From contig CM022671.1 of NCBI GenBank assembly GCA_012295275.1, positions 34,720,001 to 34,784,000 of the forward strand: a DNA stretch of 64,000 nucleotides. The letters are read 5' to 3'. Every line of letters starts with the position of its first letter. The stretch's first letter is position 1. The position numbers and the translations under genes were made by a program. This document shows, piece after piece, positions 46,123 to 61,276 of this stretch. The DNA is from Chrysomallon squamiferum (taxonomy: Eukaryota > Animalia > Mollusca). The notes beneath the pieces are model-generated. The model saw nothing but the letters and a program-made list of their open reading frames with translations, was not told where the DNA came from and did not search any database.

Positions 46123-47044
46123 AATTGCGTATAGATAAGCATAGATATATCTTGAACAATTAAATATTTTTTTTAAAAGTAACATATATATGAATGTCAT
46201 TTCAAATCTTAAATTATATTTAGAAAATGTAAGCTTAGAAACATGTAGAATATGTAACCACTTGTTAGAAATACACATAGATAATCTGCAAAAGTAAATG
46301 TCTGTCTAGAATTACAAAACGTGCAGATATTAAGACAATCTCAAATGTACGCAACTCAATATAATATGTACACTTCTAACTTATTAACAAGATTTTTACC
46401 GAGGTCGTGCAATATATGACGAAATAATTAAATTCTACTTGAAATACATTTTAATTTGATTTCCAATATTTATAGCTAAATGTCAGACAAGGTTTCGAAA
46501 CAAAGCTTTCACTGAAATTGCTATCGACCTCAGAGCTGCGACATTGTCGGAGTACTCTTGAACACTCCGTCACAACGTGAGCTGCGGCGTGGTTACAGTT
46601 GCCATCTAGTTAGGAAAACACAAGCTTGGCGAGGATTTCATTGCAATGCATTTAAAGGAAAAATCAATATAAAACAGTGCGAAAAGCAATCAGACAAACG
46701 GAAATTTATATCTCAATTTTGTTAGCGGAATAGTCTCCACGAGGAAATGAGACTTTCCCATTTGCTTTTTTTTTTTCTCTCTTGGATTAAGATTTGTTGG
46801 GTACGGCTTTAAACGTGTTTTAATAAAAATGGAATATCGAGTGCGGTTGTAATGACGTGCGCACGTCACAGTTTTTTGTTAGAAACATTCCCAAGGTTAA
46901 CGTTGCTCAACAGCGCTCGCTTGGTTGAGCCTTTGGCTTTAAGAGTTGTAGGCAGCGAGGTCAAATCTTATTACTTCTTCCTAAATGATCAACAGATGAG
47001 ATGTCAAATCATTTCTTTCTCTAACTAACCAATCTTGATAGCTT

Positions 47045-47184
47045 TTAAAACGTCAGGCAATAGTTAATTGTTAACTCTTAAAACGTCAGGCAATAGTTAA
47101 TTGTTAACTCTTAAAACGTCAGGCACTAGTTAATTATTAACTCTTAAAACGTCACGCAATAGTTAATTGTTAACTCTTAAAACG
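47045..47184. repeat. 33-bp minisatellite, 4 copies plus a partial copy
   Basis: Unit TTAAAACGTCAGGCAATAGTTAATTGTTAACTC starts at 47045, 47078, 47111 and 47144. Confidence 0.95.
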
Positions 47185-47398
47185 TGATGGTTTGTGGATC
47201 AAATCTAGACCAACGATCCTTGTAGAATCAAAAGGATAAACGATTCCATGGATAAATATTATTAAAAGTTCTCTTGAACTGGTTGAAAGTTATAATTTGT
47301 TATTTAGTAAACTGAATCTCATATCAGTCATTTTTTTTTCATTGTGTACTGTAAACTGGAGAAGAAACCTGTTCATTTCTTTTTTATTTTTATTTTTA

Positions 47399-47432
<34 letters not shown>

Positions 47433-48799
47433 TTTAACTTTTGTGAATTTAATTATCATAATGTTGGTTTTCATTTGCTTTATTTTTTTTTTATGTTTTT
47501 TTAATAATTTATATTGTTCTTCTTCTTCTTGCTTTTGACGGAGGTGTACAGTGATTTTATTTAAATATTTATTTATTTATTTATTCATTTATTTATTGCT
47601 GCTGTTGTTGTTTTAATTAAAATACCTCAATGACGCATCTTAAACTGAGAAATGTTCATACAGAAAGGAACACCTCTGACAGGAATGTTCTTACTTCGTC
47701 GATGTCACCAGAGCGAGTTCTGCGCATGGTGCTGTGAAAACTTCACACAAGCAACTCACTCTGACATGGCCGCGAAAATCGATACATCTGTCGTTGCCTT
47801 TAGGACTTTGCGGATTAACAGGCACAAATAAGAAAGACAACTCATTTACAGTTGAAATTGCATCTGGCTGCCAAGGGAGTTCATCTATCTGGAGATGTAC
47901 AAATGAGAAAACGATTTACTGAATTTTTACATCAGCATTTATTTCAAAGGTCACGCAACACGAAAGAAAAGCTCTGTGACGAGAGAGAGATGGTTTTACG
48001 TTGCAAGCAGACAAATTAAAAATTATCACCATAATACACCTGGTTGTTGGCGAGTTAATTAAACGAAAATAACTTCTCGTAGTAAAATCAGATTTTAATT
48101 TTGTAAGCTGTGAGATTGTTGATATGTATTATTTAATAGTAATAAGAGAAAAAAATCCAGTTCTTCCATTAAGTGACTAGAGATTGTTGATATGTTTTAT
48201 TTAATAATGATAAAAAAAAAAAAGAAATCCAGCTATCAACATATCTCTTATTTTTTTATCTTTCTGTAGAAAGGATGGCACAAATCACTAGCTATAACAG
48301 GAATGAGACTGTTGAGGGGAACCAATCATGCATCAAATCTCAGAAAAAGACTTAATCCGTTCTCTGTCAAATGAATGAGGATCGCGGTTCAAACCTCCGT
48401 GGAGGACCGCTGATTTAACTTCAATATCTACGACGGCAAATGCATCATCTATTCCAAAACGGCTTCATATAACCGCCATTCATCTTTCTCCTACGGTTTG
48501 TGACACTCGACTCGAACACACGCGGGTTCGGAATAATTGCGATTCTAGCTGTGATCAAAGATTTGATTGGAAGTGCCACCATGCCATATTGAACGAATTG
48601 TGATGTGCGTTCAGAGAAAATTAATCTCACTGCAGTGTGAATAATGACTTGGCACCCGCAGACGATGTCAAAACAAGAACGGTGTGCAGCGTACATATAA
48701 CTTATTCCAAACCACTGCCTCATCGCCGAGACCAGATTAATTACGCTATCTTTGTTCTGAGGCAGGAAAATTGACAAATAGTTATTTAGACAGGTCGTT

Positions 48800-48923
<124 letters not shown>

Positions 48924-49371
48924 TACAGACAAAAACAAACAGATGTAATCGGCTATTTTTGATAGTCTACAGTCGACATACATAAAAAAAAAAAATCTGA
49001 AGTTGAAATAAAGATAACAGATGGGCGATAATGAAATAATTTTATCGTCAAACCATTCACTTGGGAAACCTTTATATTTTATGTCTACTGATACTGACAG
49101 CTTCTCACAAAAATACTGAAGTGAGTGCAAAGTAATTTATTTCTACTGAGAGTATGTAAATAGCCACTCTCGGCGTTAGATAACATTTCTCATTTAAGAA
49201 CTGCAATAAAACTGGGCTTCCGTCGACTCTGAAACCGAAGAAATGATTGTCTAGATAAATGTTGTCGCTGTGATGTCTTATTGCTACCACTTCCGCTAGG
49301 GTCGTCTTCTGTGACGTTACCGTAGCTGTGATTCTTATTACTTCTGGGAAGCTTTATTTAACTTGTCCAAG

Positions 49372-49418
<47 letters not shown>

Positions 49419-49577
49419 ATACATATACATAGACTTTCACAAACAAATATACGTACATACATATGTGATTACTCACATTCTTACACACACATACATACAT
49501 TCATAAATATATGCAGACAGTCAGACAGACAGACATACAGACAGGCAGACATATATACACACATACAAATATCCACC

Positions 49578-49636
49578 AAAATGTATACTTTATTACGACT
49601 GATTAGATAGAGTTGCGGATTCCAATCCCCATATAT

Positions 49637-49735
<99 letters not shown>

Positions 49736-49799
49736 CACACATATATGGGGACTGGAATCCGCAACTCTATCTAATAAATCATGATAAATTATACATTTT
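49578..49799. repeat. ~59-bp inverted repeat flanking a (GATA)n microsatellite
   Basis: Left arm ...ATTAGATAGAGTTGCGGATTCCAATCCCCATATAT; right arm ATATATGGGGACTGGAATCCGCAACTCTATCTAAT... Confidence 0.9.
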
Positions 49800-50401
49800 T
49801 CTAACAGATAAATGCAAATATTTTATTTATGTACATCTGAATCTGCTCTTTTAATATCGTTTTATGCAAATGACAGAGTGAAGTTGGAATAGACACAGAC
49901 AGAGAGAGACAGAATAATAGAGAACGATAGACTGACACTGAAACAGTTCACAGTGTCTCTAAATGATAATTCCTTGAACATAATACTGCCTAACTAGAGT
50001 GACGTTAGAAAATTGTGCAAATTGCAGTTTGTTAAGTCGGGAAAGGTCAGGACTGTTTATTGGAAGATGAACCCCCAGGTCAGACTCCGTTTTGAATTAA
50101 ACGTGAAATACCATCAGTCAAAAGCCAATCACAAAATGCTAATACTTCTCCAGCGTGCGTCGACATGCAAAGCAACCAGAAAATTAATATTTATGGATAT
50201 TGCATCCTCCCATGCATTTCAACTAATAATCATATATTATATTCTCTTTCTCTTTTTATTCTCTCGCTCTTTATTTCTTTCTTCCCCCACTTTTCCCCTC
50301 TCTCTCTCTCTCTCTGTCTGTTTCTCTTGCTAGCTTTGTCTCTGAATCTTCTTTCTTTTGTATAATTTATTTCTGATTTCACTTTATATTTCGGTTTATT
50401 T

Positions 50402-50499
<98 letters not shown>

Positions 50500-50670
50500 G
50501 CCTCTAGATAAAATATATCGGCATTTAATATGACGAATGATGCTTCCATTTTATTTTATTTTTATTTCGACCGCAGCCACAGTGTCTCATGGATGAAATT
50601 AAAAGAGCATATTCCGATGTTCATAAATAAAATATTTCACTTTTTAACGATAATTATATTACGAGCGGCC

Positions 50671-50770
50671 AATTTGCATGTGTCTGTTTGAAAAATGTAT
50701 AATTTATCGTGACTGATTAGATAGAGTTTCCAAACGAATCTCGCAGCGTCGCGGGTTCCAATCCCCATGT
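50671..50770 (+). mobile_element. SINE-like/tRNA-like fragment; full-length version of the arms of the 49.6-49.8 kb inverted repeat
   Basis: AAAATGTATAATTTATCGTGACTGATTAGATAGAGTT...GCGGGTTCCAATCCCCAT, with a B-box-like end. Shares sequence with 49578-49636 and, inverted, with 49741-49819. Confidence 0.45.
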
Positions 50771-52140
50771 TAATTCCGCTGACCCAGGAGTTCGAAAGAC
50801 GATCCACCATTCGTCTTGGGAAGACATCATTAAATAAGCGAACTGCAGAACGTTCCATTAAAAAAAAAAAAAAAAAAAAATCTCCAAACACTAAAACCGC
50901 TTCAGATGAGGCAAATGCAAGATTAGCAAGCTGAAAAGCTGTGTTTTATTGTTCTATTTAGAAAAAAAAAAAATTAAAAAAAAAAAAAAAATTTCACGAT
51001 GTCTGCCAAGAATGGCACCAAAATTACCGACGTCAGACATGCAAGTGTAATTCAGGACAAAAGAAACAACGACCAGACAAGGTTAACTCAAACACACGAA
51101 ATCTTGTTATTTATCGTCTTCATTTATTTCTGTCGGGGTTTTTTTCTTCTATTATTTGCTTTATTCTGAAGGTAAATATATTTCTCTGTGTAATTCCTAT
51201 TTATTCTGATGTCGTAAGATTTGTCTTTTTACTAGGTGTTTCAATTATTATTATCAATACTCTTTTTAATTTTTTAATTTTTTTTGCGTGGGTATGAACG
51301 TGTGTGTGTGTTCGTGCGTGCGTGTGTTTTTGTGTGTATGTGTGTAATTTTCTTGTGTTTTTCTCTTTTTTTCTGTTGTTTTATAATGATAATGATTTGA
51401 AGAAGAAAAAGAACAGTAAGACAAATGTTAAAATCTTGAATGCCAGTCTAATATATATGTCTGGGTTTTTTTTAATAAATTACTAGTGTTGTAACTACGT
51501 TTGGCGGAAAGGAGAGACTATTTCCGACAGTGAGAAACACCTGATCAAACGTACATGAAGATTAAAAACGTTTGCATAATGTCACAGTCTGGTAGACTTT
51601 TCAAATAACAATTCATTGTCTTTTTTCTTACTTTTTTTTTCGTCCGTTTTCTTTTGTTTGTTTTTTTGTTCTTACTGTAATTTTGTTCGTTATAATGAGG
51701 CTTTCGTCACAGCATTTTATTTTATTATTATTATTTTTTTTATTTTGTTGATGTTTGTAAGCGCAGTAGATGCTAATGTTGGGGATGATGAAGGTGACGT
51801 CGCGGTGATCAAAATTAATTGCTTTTGATGATTGTTTAAATATATTTAATATATAATTTAAAATATTCTTTTTTACTTTTTATTTTTATTTTTATTTTTT
51901 TATTTTTTATTTTTTATTTATATCATTTTTTTATAAAAAAAAATTTTATTTATTTTTTTATTTATTTATTTTTATTTTTGCTACTTTGTTTATTTATTTA
52001 TTTGCCTGATTGGTTGGTTTGTCTGTCGAGCTCATAACAATGAACCCCCCAAAAAAAAAAAAAAAAAAAATTAAAAAGAAAAGAAAGACTGAGACACAGA
52101 CAAGAAATATCAATAAAAAAAAAAAATAATAATAATAAAA

Positions 52141-52177
<37 letters not shown>

Positions 52178-52837
52178 GTACATGAAGCTGATGTTAATTA
52201 CATCTTGTTTTTGAAATTCTGGTTTCCGTACTTGGGCGTGAGATCAATTTGACTGATTTCCTTATTCGAACCCGGGGCCATCCAATCATGAGACGCCGCC
52301 TTCCAGTGAACACAACGATACGTTCAACGTGAAATGCCGTCGGCGGATTAATTTGGCGCAAGAAATTGTGTCGACCTGGAATTAACCTGTACATATGAGC
52401 CCTGTCATGTTTAGAACGAATTTTTGAAGAAAAAAAATAATAATAGAGAAATAAAAGAAAAAGAAAAGAAAAAAAAAAGAAATGAAAATTTAGCAAGAGG
52501 AGAGAGATGAAAATGATGAATAGTAGTAGTTTGTTGTTTGTGTTTAGATTTACTCTGTGTATGTGTGATGTTTATATTTTTGTTATTTTTCATTTGTTTT
52601 GTTTTAATTTTATCGTTTCTTGTTGGGTTTTTTTTTTTAACAATCTCATTTTTAACTGTGAAAGAAAAGAAAAAGTCATCCTTTTCAGTTTTTAATTTAT
52701 TTTTAATTTTTATTTTTTAATTTATTTTTATTCTATTTTATTTTATTTATTTATTTATTTATTTATTATTTATTTTTTATTTATTCGTTTATGTAAAAAA
52801 AAAAATTTATTCTTAAAAAATCATCTCCCTCCCTCCT

Positions 52838-52919
<82 letters not shown>

Positions 52920-52989
52920 TTTCTCTATCTCCCTCTCTCTCCCTCTATCTCGCTCTCTCTCTCTCTATCTCTCTCTCTCTCTTTCTCTA

Positions 52990-53028
<39 letters not shown>

Positions 53029-53029
53029 A

Positions 53030-53093
<64 letters not shown>

Positions 53094-53816
53094 ATCAACA
53101 TCATCGACACAAACGTTCTATAAAACGGAATTAAAAACGACGGCATCCGAGCAACCCCACTTCGCAGCAGCGTTATCTTTATTTATTTGCCCTGCTTCGA
53201 CACGGTCCAATTTTACGGCTTCGTTTGCTAAATTGAAATGTATTATTTTTCAGCTGAAATCGACACAGGTTTCAGCGCCAATTTCGTCGAAATAGACAAG
53301 GCATAAAATTTCATATGTTCTTTATGGGAACATTAAATAAACCTGGTCCATTCTGATGTCTTTCTTCGGTTATTGGAAATATATATTTATTTGTAAAAGT
53401 GTCACAATTTCCATTTCATTTCTTCCTGATTTGGTTGCATAGGAGAGAGGAAACGTTTTTTTTTCTTCTTCTTTTTTTTTTTTTTCATTTCTTACTTTTT
53501 TTTTTTTCTTTTTTCTTTTTATTTATTTTTTTTTTTCCATACATGTCACGTTGATTCCGTAAATCTCTACAGAAATAAATGTAACCTTTAGAGAGCCTCA
53601 AGAGATTTTTTTTTTTTTTTTTTATATTTTTATTTTTTTAAAGTGGTGCTTCTAGTTTGTGTTCTGTCGATGTCACATAAAAAAGTCCTATACCATTAAG
53701 GTTAATGGGTTGTAGATTTGATCACAATGCTGTACATAAAAAGTACGTTGAAGGCCAGACAAATGTCAGTATTAAGATATACTGAACGTATTCATTTAAA
53801 TCGATCTTCTTACACG

Positions 53817-53910
<94 letters not shown>

Positions 53911-54020
53911 ATCATCATCATCATCAATATAAACGTTCTATAAACCTCTCTATCTATCTGTGATTAATTTATTTTCTTGTTAATGTTTCAGTTGTTTTGT
54001 TGTTGTTGTTTTGGGGAGTT

Positions 54021-54121
<101 letters not shown>

Positions 54122-54514
54122 TATACTTTTTACGACAAAAAAAAATCCAAACTCTGAATCTAAAACAAGGAAGTTCTTTTCCCATGGTTTCTGCAGACTA
54201 TTTCAAGCCGAAATAAAACAAATAATTCTTTTCAATTTTTAATCATTTTGATATGAATAAGAACTGCTGAATGTAGACAACGAACTAGTCTATGGAAGAG
54301 TATGGATCTTACGTCTTCAAAGACCCCCGCGACCGAAAATATTACGCTAGAATTTGAAACTTCCACCTCCAGATTCGCTGTTAAGTAAGGGCTGATATCG
54401 AACATCCTGGAACCTTGGGCTCACAAAAGGAGGAACCAGCGAAATGATGATTCGCCAGTCAGATTTAGGATCCCTGTAGCTCCATACTCCAAACCTGATA
54501 CCAGAATTCGTCTC

Positions 54515-54547
<33 letters not shown>

Positions 54548-56433
54548 AAGAAGAAGAAGAAAAAAATAAAGACAAGGGCGTCTTAGAGTCGCCTGGTTCT
54601 TGGAACATGCAATTCACAGCGAGCACAGGCCGCTTATTTACATTTTTTATTTGTAATTAAAACCTGCTGGACACTGATCACGTGTGTGAGTCTCCCTGTT
54701 TTTAAACTGTGAGCTGAGTCACAAGACAAATGATTCCTTCTGAAATTCTCCCGTTGTTCACTTCTACACTTTTGTTCTGTTCTTTGTTTGCGGGAGGGTA
54801 TCTGTGATGATGATATATTACAGTCAAAACGCGGTGATTCGCTTCGTGGTCTGATTTGATCTATTCAAAACAGATTTTTCTATGTATCTTTCTGTTTACA
54901 CTTTGGCAGTAAGATAGCTAACACGGTCTTTTGACACACAATTCACGTGATGGTGACGCGAATAGGAAATCGACGAAATAACGCATCAAGGAGGATCGAT
55001 CCTAAAATAATAGCGTCTGAGATTTCATCACATCCCCGTTTTTATTAAAAAGTCTATGCATCGAAGTTCCTTCAGTTAATCTTCTAACACGCAACATAAA
55101 AAGCCTGGCTACGTCTTCATCAGACAATAAATGGAGGAAGGTTGCTAGGTTCAGTCCACTTTGGTTTTAACACAGCTGTAAAGGGAAATGAAAATGTACA
55201 GCATGAGTACACGGAATAACGCAGAATGGTTCTTCATCTGAACACAGGTCTAAAGAAACACAGAATGAGCCTTCTCGAGAAATCATAAAATCGTCTTGAA
55301 ATACGGCAGAGATGAAATCTACGGTGACAAGAATTGTTTTGAATTTCTTTCCAGCTGTGCGGTGTCAAATGATGTCTTTGAAAAATGTATCTGAGATAAA
55401 AGTAAATGAATTAAACAGGACCATGCCTCAGGATTATTTAGCAATTAATTCAAACCCTCGTCCTAACAAGCAACAAAACAAATTCAATTGTAGTTAAATA
55501 ACTACGTCAGCGACAACTTGACACAGACTGCTCTAATCTCAGATGGCGCCAATGATAAAGCGTTAACGACTACAGCAACGACAATTAAATTTATTCTCAC
55601 TACTTTTACTCAAAACGATTCGAAACCAGATTCACAAGATGGCAAAAAGAAGAAGGAGTTTGTAACGAAATTACACGTTTTAAACGTTTTAACTGGAATC
55701 CTCTGATCGTAATGTCCTGCTTCACACTTAATGAATTTCGACGACCTACTTGAATAAATTAATTACTTCTGATGAATGAAGCATGCCCTCGTGATCAGAC
55801 CCCAACTACTACGTCACCATCTCCCCACCACCGACACGTATAAATTGTGTTGGGAAATTCGACTCCTGCCATTCATTGCAAACTTAAAGACGTGTCCCGT
55901 TAAATGATACTTGTTTTTCCTCTGGGATATTTAAATTAGATTGAGTTGCCGATTTAATAATGACTTCTTTTTCTCTGTCTCTTCTTCACTGTCTCCCAAA
56001 AAATCGTCCCATAACACGCGATCATTGTTACAGATCTAAGAGGGAGGGAAAAAAAACTGTTTGAAATTTCAGTCACAGATTTTCATCCTTCGTTCTCCTC
56101 GTGGCTAACACAAAAAAAAAATGTCGGAATAATTTTGGTGCTTATTTGTCACCAGTAAAACAGAATGTGTGTAATTTTATTAGCTATATAAATAAAATAA
56201 AAAACATCCAAATTTATAGCCATTGTCATGTAGCCTAGACTGCAGCCGTTTTATTAAACACAAATTTGGTAGTATAATTGAAAGGCTTCGACTTGGGGGT
56301 AAAATATTTATTAATTTATTTATTGTTTATTAGTTGGCTTCCGAGCAATCCCCGGCTTTATGCTTATTTTAACAAAGATTTTGGTATGAAAAGCTCTGTC
56401 CGTGGTCAAACGTGTGGCTATGTGTGTGTCTGC

Positions 56434-56504
<71 letters not shown>

Positions 56505-57835
56505 CACATGTATATTGAATTATCAACTTCTGCAATTTTTATTTTATTGTAACAACAGCAGAAATCTGTATTCCTTTAAAACCTTGTAAGTATTTGTTCA
56601 GCAGCAAATAACTAAAATGTTACAAGTCATTCGAGTTTTTCATATTCATCTACTGAAAATTTTCACGATCCTTGATAAGAGTGTTTCATGGTATATGCTG
56701 ATCTACTTGATTCTACTGTTTTTCTGGAGAAAAACATAAAAAATTTCACAAATTGAAAAAAAAAAGAAAAATGATATAAAAAAAAGAATAAAACATTTTA
56801 GGAGAAAAATGAATACGGGAGATATCATTTCAGGATTTTAAAACAAAGGCTCATTTAACAAGTCACCAGTGATGGATTCTGTTATTGAAATAGATGGAAA
56901 ATGACTTCTTCGTTCACGGGAAACCAGAAATGATTTCTCTCTGCCAGTTCCAGGACACTGAATTCAGAAAACTGTTAAACGCTCTTCACAAAATCAATAA
57001 TTTCCTCTTTTTTTATAATTTAATTTTTTTTTTTGGGGGGGGGGCAATATTCTTTCTTATTTTTCTATTTATTTGTACGTTTATGTCGAGTTCAAGCAGC
57101 CTTTTAAACCAACAACGTCAAAAAAGAGTACACAGCTTTCAAAAACTTTGCGTAAATATTTTCGATCAATATTCATAAGCTCACTCTGCAATTAAGTAGT
57201 GATTAAACAATTTTGTAAATCATGTAACCTTTGTATTTTTCTGCTTTATTCATAACAATATATGTTTGCTTGTGCGTGATAGTATACGAGACAAATTGTT
57301 TTAAATGCGTATCTAATTTGATAAATGCCTGTAACTGCATGCTTTAATAATATTTAATAATATTTATGCTTTAAAAAAAATGTGTTTTTTTCTTTTATAA
57401 ATGTTTTTAACCCTCTCTCTAATAATTAATCCTAATTCTTCTTCTATTTACTTACGTGCGTACGCGTTTTACCCCATTCCTTTTAAACTGCGTCTTCGAG
57501 TCGTTTCTGGTAGTCCGGTTTTTAGCGTTTCCCTTATTTATTACGTGTGTTAGTAATATTACTGCATTGACTGTTTCCGTGTAACGTAAAATGTCATTGA
57601 CGAAATTAGCTCCTGTTAGCAGTAATAACTTAATGCACTGCTCGTTAGAGAATCGTATCCAGGAAATTGATGACTTAATTGGAAATTAATTTTAAAATGA
57701 GGTTTCCTGGGGTTTTCAGTGATTTGTGGTTTAGTTTGTTTGTTTGTGTTATAGAGATAGACAGATACAGACATATATATATATATATAATTTACTTTAT
57801 ACTTCACGTTTGTGTTATATAGATAGACAGATATA

Positions 57836-57880
<45 letters not shown>

Positions 57881-58675
57881 TACTTTATACTTCACTTTAG
57901 TAAACTGTATTTTATTCATTCATTCATTTAATTCTGTTTCATTTATTCACTAAATTCATTCGAACATTTCGTTCTTTCTTCATTTTTTTTTCTTTCATAA
58001 TTCGTTCATTTTTTTTTCTTCACTTATTCATTTCATTTATTTCTTCTTCTCTCTTTTATTAGATATGCCAAGTTGCACGAAACTAATAATATAAAACAAT
58101 AAAAAAAATTTAAAAAAAAAAAAAAGTCGCTCGAGGCAACCATATTTAAATTGTCGATTTTGTTTGGATTTCCACGCCTCTAAGACAATAGTGAACTGTT
58201 TATTTTCGCTTTTCTTTTTTTTTTTTTTTTTTTAAGTAAAATATTTACTTCCATTAATTTATTTCATTCATTCTTTCTTTTCTTTTTTTCAGCTTTAAAG
58301 TGTCTAATATTACTGTTTTGTCGTTTGCTAAAAGACGGTTTGCGATCTACATATTTGAGAGATATCTTTAAATAATAATAATAATAATAATAATAAAGCA
58401 TTAGTGGCAAAAATAATAATAATCAGAAAAAATGACCCAAAATAATGGACAATTATTTTTATCATGATGAATATTGAAACAGAATGATGAAAAAACTGAA
58501 ATTCAAGTTTGTTCTCGTATTATCTGTGTGTGTAGATAAAGAAATATTCATTGTTGTATAAAAAAAAGAAATTATGTGACGTGTGTGTGTATGGGTGTAT
58601 GTGTGTGTGTGTGATGCGTACAGAAATGTTTTTCATCTTGGTTCACATTCCTTGGCTCTTTGGTTCGAATCCCCG

Positions 58676-58711
<36 letters not shown>

Positions 58712-59062
58712 TCCATGACTAAATTTTTAACATGCTGACTTACAGAGACGTTATGACACAGGCCATTCTTCAAACTTCGTCAAAAGAGGCGTTCGTCACT
58801 GCGCACTTTCTAACATTTAAGAGTTTCCCCAGTTAAATTTCGACTGTTATAACATGTTCAGCATCCCAGTCTGAGAAAATCCTATTACCAGAAAGGTTAT
58901 CCAATCAGCGTTTTGTAAAAGACTGTTCGAATGACTTGAATTAAGATGCATTACCCTGATGCAAAAAAAAAAAGAAAACGTGTGATTTACGGCTTGGTTT
59001 CGGGGAGCTTAAGTGAAAGCCGGTAATTTTGAAAACACCAAATAATCACTATAATTAGGCGT

Positions 59063-59190
59063 AAAAATGGCTGACGAAATGGCGCTGAGGTTGGACGCAC
59101 TAGAAACGTCGGGGTGCAAAGGAATGGGTAACGCGTTGTTAAAAGGCATTGTTTGTGGTCCGGTACGGGGTTTAACAGAACCGGAAGTGA
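59063..59190 (+). promoter_or_regulatory. Candidate promoter: two YY1-like (AAATGGC) motifs and an ETS/GABP motif (ACCGGAAGTG)
   Basis: AAAAATGGCTG (~59063), AAATGGCG (~59077) and ACCGGAAGTG (59180-59189) in a locally CpG-rich patch. Confidence 0.35.
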
Positions 59191-60153
59191 CAAGTGTCTG
59201 TTCATATCCTGGCGTTCGTTTTGTGTCGTCCCCAGAACATTAGTGAGGCAGGGAAGAGGAGGGGAAGGAGAAAGAAAGAGAGAATGGTTGGCTGAGAGAA
59301 AAAATATTGAATTTGCTTCGTTAGAGGATATTAAGTTTCGTGACCTCATTAACTGTGTTACCATTCGGCTTCACGCTAATCACAGTGACAAGAGGAAGCA
59401 TCGAGTTCGTGGCGCTTTTTTTTTTTTTTTTTTTTTTTTACTTTTCTTTTTAAAATTTTCGTCTCGTTTGCAGTGTGGCACTCAGCTCTCGTAGTGTCTG
59501 GCTTTCGAAAATTAGAATCCTTGATTCCCAAATCCTTTCACTGCCAGTTCTTTGTTTTGTCAAAATTGTGTTTTCTTTGTGTAATAAAAATAATAATAAT
59601 AGTAATAATAATAATAATAATGATATGAATATTAAAAATTGTTTCAAAAATAACAGCAGCAACAACAGCAAATGCAGTGAGTCATTTCTTTGTGTTTTAC
59701 ATCTTTTTTGAAACGTTTTTAAATTAATTATGTTTTTGTTTTTGTTAACTTGATGTCGATATTTGTTTTGTTGTTGTTGTTTTGTGTTTTTCGTTTTTTT
59801 ATTTTTTCAGATATATTTTAATGATAAATCTTTCACCTAAATCCTTATATCCCCAAAAAGCACTTTTAATAACTTCCAATCAATGATATAGTTTCAGCTC
59901 TCAGATTCTTTGCCATTTTCACATTCTACATTCCTTTTACATTTCATGTATTTTTTAATCATCTATCCTTTTCCCGGAAACAGTTTTATTTTCTGCCTCA
60001 TATTTTACTTTATCAGTTTCAAGTTTTTTCCGTTCTCACACTCCAGCACTAAAACATTTTCCATTCAATCCTTTTACCACTAATAACTTTATACAACCCA
60101 CCTTCCGTTTACAAGTAATATATTTTCCAATTTGTTGACCGTACGACGATGAT

Positions 60154-60316
<163 letters not shown>

Positions 60317-61232
60317 CACTGATAGATAGATATTTCATTATAGATAGCACCCAGTCATTCATTACCGATCTGTTTTAATATTAGATCGCAATTTACTGAA
60401 AGTACTCGTCAGTTCCAGAGAAAGTTTATGTTTTCTAGTCATTAACCTAACAGCTAATCAATGAGCGAACATCACTGATTGCTAGGACATGAAAAATGCA
60501 TGAACTGATCAAGCGCCGGGGTCAAGCCAATAACTCTGTGTTATCGCGAATCACTGCGATTTGGTCACTTCTTTCCCAAAGACACACGTGAGCCCCGCGC
60601 AAGGAAACTGTCTCAACACAGAACTGCAAACCACAAGCGACGCTGTTGGCATGTCATCGATCGCTCGAACTGTAGCAGCTCTGAGCGCGGTTTCTGTCTC
60701 TGCATTTAGTCTCGCATAGTTCAGGTGGTTTGAGGTGACATGGACAGCTATCTGTGATGTCCAAGTGTTAATGACTGGATTTCCACAATCCTGCTAGAAG
60801 ATCATTATTTTATTTTATCTTATTTTTTTATTTTTTTCTCTCTCTCACTACTTGGACAGTACGTCTCGCAGTAACATTCGTGAACGTGGCGGAGCTCTCA
60901 CGTTTAAAACAGTAAAGGTTAGTTAGTGTACGTTTGATGTTTCTGTCTTTAGTGTCGACTTTTATAGCGTTTTATGCTCGAGTTTATAACGGGACTTATC
61001 TTCAGTTAAATTAATTTGCGTTTATGTCGTAGTATTTTGCAGTAAAACGTTGGTGGATATTTCGTGTATGTTTTTATTATTGTGCAGTTTCATTTGAGTG
61101 TATGTTTATAACGATATTTCTCTTAAATTAATTTGAGTGTATATATTAATCTGTACTTTGTAGTAAAGTGTTAGCGGATTTGTTATGTCTTTGCTTTTAG
61201 TGTTATGTATTATAGTGTTTTTATACATGCTT

Positions 61233-61276
<44 letters not shown>

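Noticed and set aside
48111-48232. Local direct duplications (also 57741-57895, and ~53090 versus ~53910)
   Set aside because: Ordinary slippage-type duplications next to low-complexity tracts.
54297-54490. Possible MITE with GAGTATGGA/TCCATACTC inverted ends
   Set aside because: The inverted match is only about 12 bp, with no TSD and no second copy in the window.
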